From Candidatus Velthaea sp. (GTDB taxonomy: Bacteria; Vulcanimicrobiota; Vulcanimicrobiia; Vulcanimicrobiales; Vulcanimicrobiaceae): a DNA stretch of 64,000 nucleotides. Positions within the stretch are counted from its first letter, which is position 1; every line of letters starts with the position of its first letter. The notes under the pieces were generated by a model. That model did not search any database. It saw only the letters and a list, made by a program, of their open reading frames with translations, and had not been told where the DNA came from. A program made the position numbers and the translations under genes. Location: the NCBI GenBank assembly GCA_965214935.1, contig CBDCCS010000010.1:64001-128000 (forward strand). The letters are read 5' to 3'. Shown here one piece after another: positions 59,572 to 64,000 of the stretch.

Positions 59572-61017
59572 TCAGGGTAACGCCGATAAATACGTAAGTG
59601 CCTTTAAGCCCGGTAAGAAAAAGTATGCGCCGCCACGCGTGGTAACAAAGCGCGGCACGCTTTTGATTCGGTTGCGTAGCGGTTCGCGCGGAACGGTAAA
59701 GACGGCCGAGCCGCTCTGCGTACCCAGGAGCGGGTCAACTTCGTTCGACAAGCCGCCGAACGTGCCGTTATTGAGCCACGTCTGATGAATGAACTCGAAC
59801 TGCCGCTCGATGTCGCTATTCAAGCAGATGAAAATGAGTCCGCGCGAGCGGCGGTCGTCGACGAGCACATTCTCGATCCGCGGACCGTACGGACGTCCGC
59901 GCCGCAAGATGCGATGCCGATTCGACCGGGTCAGCGATTGCCGCGGGCTGTCATTCTTGAAGCCGTCGCGCGGATTGGCGCGACGCATATGCGAGCCGAC
60001 CGGGCACCGCAGACCGTCGCGATCGCCGGCATAACCGAACGCGTTCGCATCGTGCAGCGCCGCGTCGTCTCGATCCGGCGATAGAACCAGCGGTGCGCCG
60101 CCGGGCCAGCGCCCGACGATTTTTGCCGCAAGCCCTTCGCGTGCTTGGACGTCGCTGCCGCGCGGTCCACGGGTGGACGCATCGAGAAATTGCCAAAACC
60201 CCGCGACGTCTTGCTCGAGTTGACGCAGAACCAGATACGTCCCGTTTCGTCCGAAGTCGCGCTCGCCCGGCCCCGCAGCCGGCAACACCTGGTGTACGTC
60301 GCTGGCTGCCGCGACGAGCGGCGTCGCCGGCGCAGCTGCGTACTCATTGTCGTAGCCTAGAATGAATTCGCCGGCTGCTACGTCGTTCGCAGCGTTCGTG
60401 CGGCGGCGCGCCGGTTCGCTCGTACGCTCGTCGCGGATCGCCGGTTGCGCGATACCGTCGGAAAATCCGAAATGTTCGCGCCCATCGGCATGCCGTTCGC
60501 CGATCAGCGGATCGATGATCTCCTGCAGTCCGCCGGGAGCAAAACGCTCGCGCTGTGTTGCGACGGCGCGATCGAGCAGCGTGTGCGTGGGCGCAAAGAC
60601 CATCAGCACGATATGGACTGCGCCCGGACCGGCGCCCCACGTCCAGCGATCGGGTGCACTTTCATCAGTGTCGCCAAGCACCGCTGCGCGCCGCTGCGAC
60701 GCCATGCCGTCAACGAACGCGAGCGGAAACGCGCCGGCCCGTCCATCGATGCCGAGCGTCTCCAAGCCGGCGTAGGTGAACGCGACATTGGTACCGCGAT
60801 GATGATCTTTGCCGGTTGCCGTCGTAATTTGCCCGGCCAACGCGGCCAACCAGCCTTTGGCTCGCGCCGGATCGTCGATGCGCAAGATAATGGTAGCCGA
60901 CCAGTCGAGATGACCGTACGCACTTAATAACATGCCTTGAATGTCGGCGCGCTCGAGACGGCTCGGAACGTTGCCTTTGAGCGCAACATTGCGTTTCAAT
61001 TGAGGAGCCGCAGCCAT
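59572..61017 (-). CDS. Dyp-type peroxidase
   Basis: DIQG, EHFGFSDGIAQP, HMRRANPRD, HRILRRGRPYG, RQFEFI. Confidence 0.92.
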   Translation of the reverse strand: MAAAPQLKRNVALKGNVPSRLERADIQGMLLSAYGHLDWSATIILRIDDPARAKGWLAALAGQITTATGKDHHRGTNVAFTYAGLETLGIDGRAGAFPLAFVDGMASQRRAAVLGDTDESAPDRWTWGAGPGAVHIVLMVFAPTHTLLDRAVATQRERFAPGGLQEIIDPLIGERHADGREHFGFSDGIAQPAIRDERTSEPARRRTNAANDVAAGEFILGYDNEYAAAPATPLVAAASDVHQVLPAAGPGERDFGRNGTYLVLRQLEQDVAGFWQFLDASTRGPRGSDVQAREGLAAKIVGRWPGGAPLVLSPDRDDAALHDANAFGYAGDRDGLRCPVGSHMRRANPRDGFKNDSPRQSLTRSNRHRILRRGRPYGPRIENVLVDDRRSRGLIFICLNSDIERQFEFIHQTWLNNGTFGGLSNEVDPLLGTQSGSAVFTVPREPLRNRIKSVPRFVTTRGGAYFFLPGLKALTYLSALP

Positions 61018-62306
61018 TTCGCGGCATCGAAGCGAGCGGCGGACGGCCGGAGGCCATCGCAGATTGCGGAGTTTTTCTCGATCGCCGCTACCGCCAGAGC
61101 CGGGTACGCGCTATACCAAACGTTGGTGTATGCTTGTGTTTTGCGCGCGATTGCCTTGAAGCTGCGCTCGTCTCGTGCGCCGTCGAGAAAGAGATACCGC
61201 GTGCGGGGAAAGTCGCGCGTATTGCTCCAGATTGCCGTTAAACCGAGCGCTGCTTTTTCGATAAAATCATCGAGATAGTTTTCCCACGAACCATCGTAGT
61301 TCGTTAAGAAGAGCAGCCGCGTATCGTTATCGATCAGCGCCCACTGCGCGAAGTGCAGGCTGTCGAGTCCGAGCAGCCGGCCCTTGGTCGAGATGCGCGC
61401 GACGATATTGGCAGCAGAGAGGATTGTCTTGAGCGTGCGGCGCCGGAATGCACAGGGTTTGACGTAACATAAGCTCGCCATATGATTTTGTACGATCTGA
61501 TCTTCGCGTCCGGATAAGGCTCGTAATTGGCTCGCTGCCGGCTGCCCAGCCGCGATCGGATCGCGGATCTCGTGCCGGCGCAAGACGGCTACAAAAACAG
61601 CAAACGGAAGCCAAGCGATCGTGACTGCGCCAAGCGCGGTCGCAACCAGACCGAGCGCTGCCGTCCAGCGCGAGAGACGTTGTTCGGGCGTTAGCCGGGG
61701 CGCCCGATGCGCGAGCCAATCGTATTGCGGCATTCCGCGAACGAAGCTGCGTACGTCGGCGGCGATCGTATCGGCCGTCGTGTTTGCGTTGGGAACTACG
61801 GCGTCAAGGTAGTCTTGTACGTGTTCGACGAGAGCAGCTTCGTCACGGATGCGACGTGCCGAACGGCCGACGTTACCGACGAACGCCGTCGCTGCGCTTA
61901 CAAAGCGATCGCCGATATACCGCCGAAGATACTGCGGATCGTAGCCGTTCGATTGGTATTCGATGCAGAAGTCGTAGATTGAATGCAGTACCGGCCCGGC
62001 GAGCGCGCTCGTGCAAAGTGCATCGAGATACGTTTCGGGTGCACCGTCGATGTTACTTTCGAAGACGAGAATCGGGCCGAAAGACGCGTCGTCAAAGATG
62101 GTAAAACTGCAAAAGTGCAGCATCTCGAACGAATCGAAGGGTAACGCGGCGCGTAGCGTGATCGCGTCGTCGATACGCTGCAACTGCGCTCGCGCGGCAT
62201 CGATACGCAGCGGATCGGCTTTTGCAATAATGGTAAAGATGCTTTGGCCGATCGCCGTTCGTGCGTTTGCCTCGCGCTCGTGCAGCGCTGATGTCGGTAG
62301 AGCCAT
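60996..62306 (-). CDS. Uncharacterised two-repeat protein with a central hydrophobic segment, Dyp-associated
   Basis: LHFCSF..FESNIDG.PETYLDAL and LHFAQW..FLTNYDGSWENYLDDF repeats. Confidence 0.75.
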   Translation of the reverse strand: MALPTSALHEREANARTAIGQSIFTIIAKADPLRIDAARAQLQRIDDAITLRAALPFDSFEMLHFCSFTIFDDASFGPILVFESNIDGAPETYLDALCTSALAGPVLHSIYDFCIEYQSNGYDPQYLRRYIGDRFVSAATAFVGNVGRSARRIRDEAALVEHVQDYLDAVVPNANTTADTIAADVRSFVRGMPQYDWLAHRAPRLTPEQRLSRWTAALGLVATALGAVTIAWLPFAVFVAVLRRHEIRDPIAAGQPAASQLRALSGREDQIVQNHMASLCYVKPCAFRRRTLKTILSAANIVARISTKGRLLGLDSLHFAQWALIDNDTRLLFLTNYDGSWENYLDDFIEKAALGLTAIWSNTRDFPRTRYLFLDGARDERSFKAIARKTQAYTNVWYSAYPALAVAAIEKNSAICDGLRPSAARFDAAKWLRLLN

Positions 62307-62489
62307 GGCCCGAGTATCGACCAATCGTCGAAGCCGCCGAAGTGACCAAAGTACCGCCGCGGCAGGTTTCCCGCTGCAAGGATATCGATTGCAACTATCG
62401 AGTGACCGTTCGAGCGGTTTCAGCGCCGGCACCGGCGACAGCTGCGCTGCACGGAGGAATTGTTTTCCCGTAACCGTGAACCGAGCGCT

Positions 62490-64000
62490 GTGGCCGTTGA
62501 TCGCGCAGCCGTAGTTTCGCAAACGATACCGCTGCTGGCAGCGCGCAATCTCTCAAAAGGTTTCCCCGGCGTGCAAGCGCTCAATGATGTGAGCCTCACG
62601 GTCGAACGCGGCGAAGTGCACTGTCTGCTCGGTCAGAACGGTGCCGGTAAAAGCACGCTTATCAAGATTTTGGCCGGCGCTCAGCCGCCCGATCGCGGCG
62701 AGCTCGTCTGGTGTGGCGAGACCGTCACGTTGCGCGAACCGACGGCAGCGCTGGCGCGCGGCATCGCAACGATCTACCAAGAGCTCGATCTCATCGGCGG
62801 CTTGTCGGTCGCCGACAACATTTTTTTAGGGCATGAACCGCAGCATCTTGGCTTCTCCAAGCGCCGTGCGATCGTCGCGGGCGCACGCGCGCTACTGGCC
62901 CGACTGGGCTGTGCGGACATCGATGCGGACGCCATCGTCGAAACGCTTTCGGCGGCGCAACAGCAGCTCGTGAGCGTTGCGCGGGCGTTATCGTATTCTG
63001 CCCGCCTCTTGATCATGGACGAGCCGACCGCCGTGCTCGACCGCGGCGAAGTCGACACGCTGTTTCGCGTGATTCGCGAGCTAGCTGCCGACGGCGTTGC
63101 CATCGTGTACATCTCGCACCGGCTCGATGAAATTCGCAAAATCGGCAACGTCGTGACCGTGCTCAAAGACGGCCGATCGATCGGCGAACGCTTACCGGCG
63201 GCCACGACCCCGACTTCACAGCTCGTGCAGTTGATGACCGGACGCAGCGTCGAGTATCCGTTCCCGGCGCGACCGCCCGTCCCATCGCCCGACACGCGAT
63301 CCGCCGTTCTGGAAGTAACGCAGCTCGGGTGCGCCGGTGCGTTCAGCGACATCTCGTTTACGGTGCGGGAAGGCGAGATCGTCGGGCTGGCCGGCTTAGT
63401 CGGTTCGGGCCGTTCCGAATTGCTCGAGACCATTTATGGTGCGCGGCATCCGACGAGCGGCAGCGTCCGGATTCGCGGGACGGCGCTGCGTGCCGGATCG
63501 ACGGAGTCGGCGGTTGCGCGCGGCGTCGGATTGGCACCCGAAGAACGCAAACGTCAAGCGTTGCTGCTCGACGACAGCGTCTTTCATAACGTCTCGCTGC
63601 CGTCGTTACGGCGCTTCGCGCGCGCCGGTTTGATCGACGGCCGTCAAGAGCTCGCGGCGGTAACGACCGTGACGAATTCACTCGACGTACGGCCGGCGGA
63701 CCCGCGGCGCGTCGTGCGCGAACTGTCCGGCGGCAATCAACAGAAGGTCGTCGTCGCACGCTGGCTGTTGCGCGGCTGCGCGCTGTTGATGCTCGACGAA
63801 CCGACGCGCGGCGTCGACGTTGGAGCGCGCGCCGATCTTTATGCACTCGTTCGCGGGCTGGCCGCCGACGGCATTGGTATACTCCTGGTCTCTAGCGAGA
63901 TACCCGAGGTCTTGGGACTTGCCGATCGCGTCCTCGTCATGCGCGAAGGACGCGTCATGTATGAAACGCCCGCCGAGCAGCTTGATGAAGCGCGCGTACT
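62490..64000 (+). CDS. Sugar ABC transporter ATP-binding protein (RbsA/MglA-type), runs off the window end
   Basis: Manual translation: FPGVQALNDV..GQNGAGKSTL..MDEPT..YISHRL..LSGGNQQK..LDEPTRGVDVGA. Confidence 0.93.
   Translation, partial: MAVDRAAVVSQTIPLLAARNLSKGFPGVQALNDVSLTVERGEVHCLLGQNGAGKSTLIKILAGAQPPDRGELVWCGETVTLREPTAALARGIATIYQELDLIGGLSVADNIFLGHEPQHLGFSKRRAIVAGARALLARLGCADIDADAIVETLSAAQQQLVSVARALSYSARLLIMDEPTAVLDRGEVDTLFRVIRELAADGVAIVYISHRLDEIRKIGNVVTVLKDGRSIGERLPAATTPTSQLVQLMTGRSVEYPFPARPPVPSPDTRSAVLEVTQLGCAGAFSDISFTVREGEIVGLAGLVGSGRSELLETIYGARHPTSGSVRIRGTALRAGSTESAVARGVGLAPEERKRQALLLDDSVFHNVSLPSLRRFARAGLIDGRQELAAVTTVTNSLDVRPADPRRVVRELSGGNQQKVVVARWLLRGCALLMLDEPTRGVDVGARADLYALVRGLAADGIGILLVSSEIPEVLGLADRVLVMREGRVMYETPAEQLDEARV

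Noticed and set aside
62774..63846. Minus-strand ORFs of 219 and 162 aa
   Set aside because: They are antisense to the clear ABC ATPase frame.
1..64000. CRISPR array, tRNA/rRNA, integrase, reverse transcriptase or prophage genes
   Set aside because: No regularly spaced repeats or diagnostic motifs were seen on reading; short or degenerate elements could have been missed.

Overview
GC-rich bacterial chromosomal window. Multiple Uma2 genes and an XRE-NB-ARC-TPR regulator suggest a soil Terrabacteria lineage such as Vulcanimicrobiota (inference only). No rRNA, tRNA or CRISPR array was seen. The left ~22.5 kb is an AT-richer, rearranged accessory region. It holds a truncated caspase-like gene abutting a 5'-truncated BKACE gene, an IS21 remnant, a Cap4-like nuclease with a membrane anchor and a vapBC pair. 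It also holds an apparently intact 8-gene C7-cyclitol (carbasugar) cluster (cupin, EEVS-type cyclase, cyclitol kinase, divergent GH4, two NDP-sugar SDRs, GT4, nucleotidyltransferase), which sits inside a diverged tandem duplication containing a chimeric gene. The rest carries a multicopper oxidase with reversed motif order, a GMC plus hydrolase-fusion pair, cidAB, xth and a class I aldolase. It also carries an extended 3-oxo-tetronate operon, a DUF2760 plus two atypical Hsp70 operon, msrA, an MrpA-less Mrp-like operon with lesions and an ECF sigma locus with a repeated promoter motif. A putative three-heme-protein operon and the start of a sugar ABC ATPase close the window. The best candidate for a new system is the cyclitol cluster. 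All family calls come from motif recognition by eye, not from database searches.
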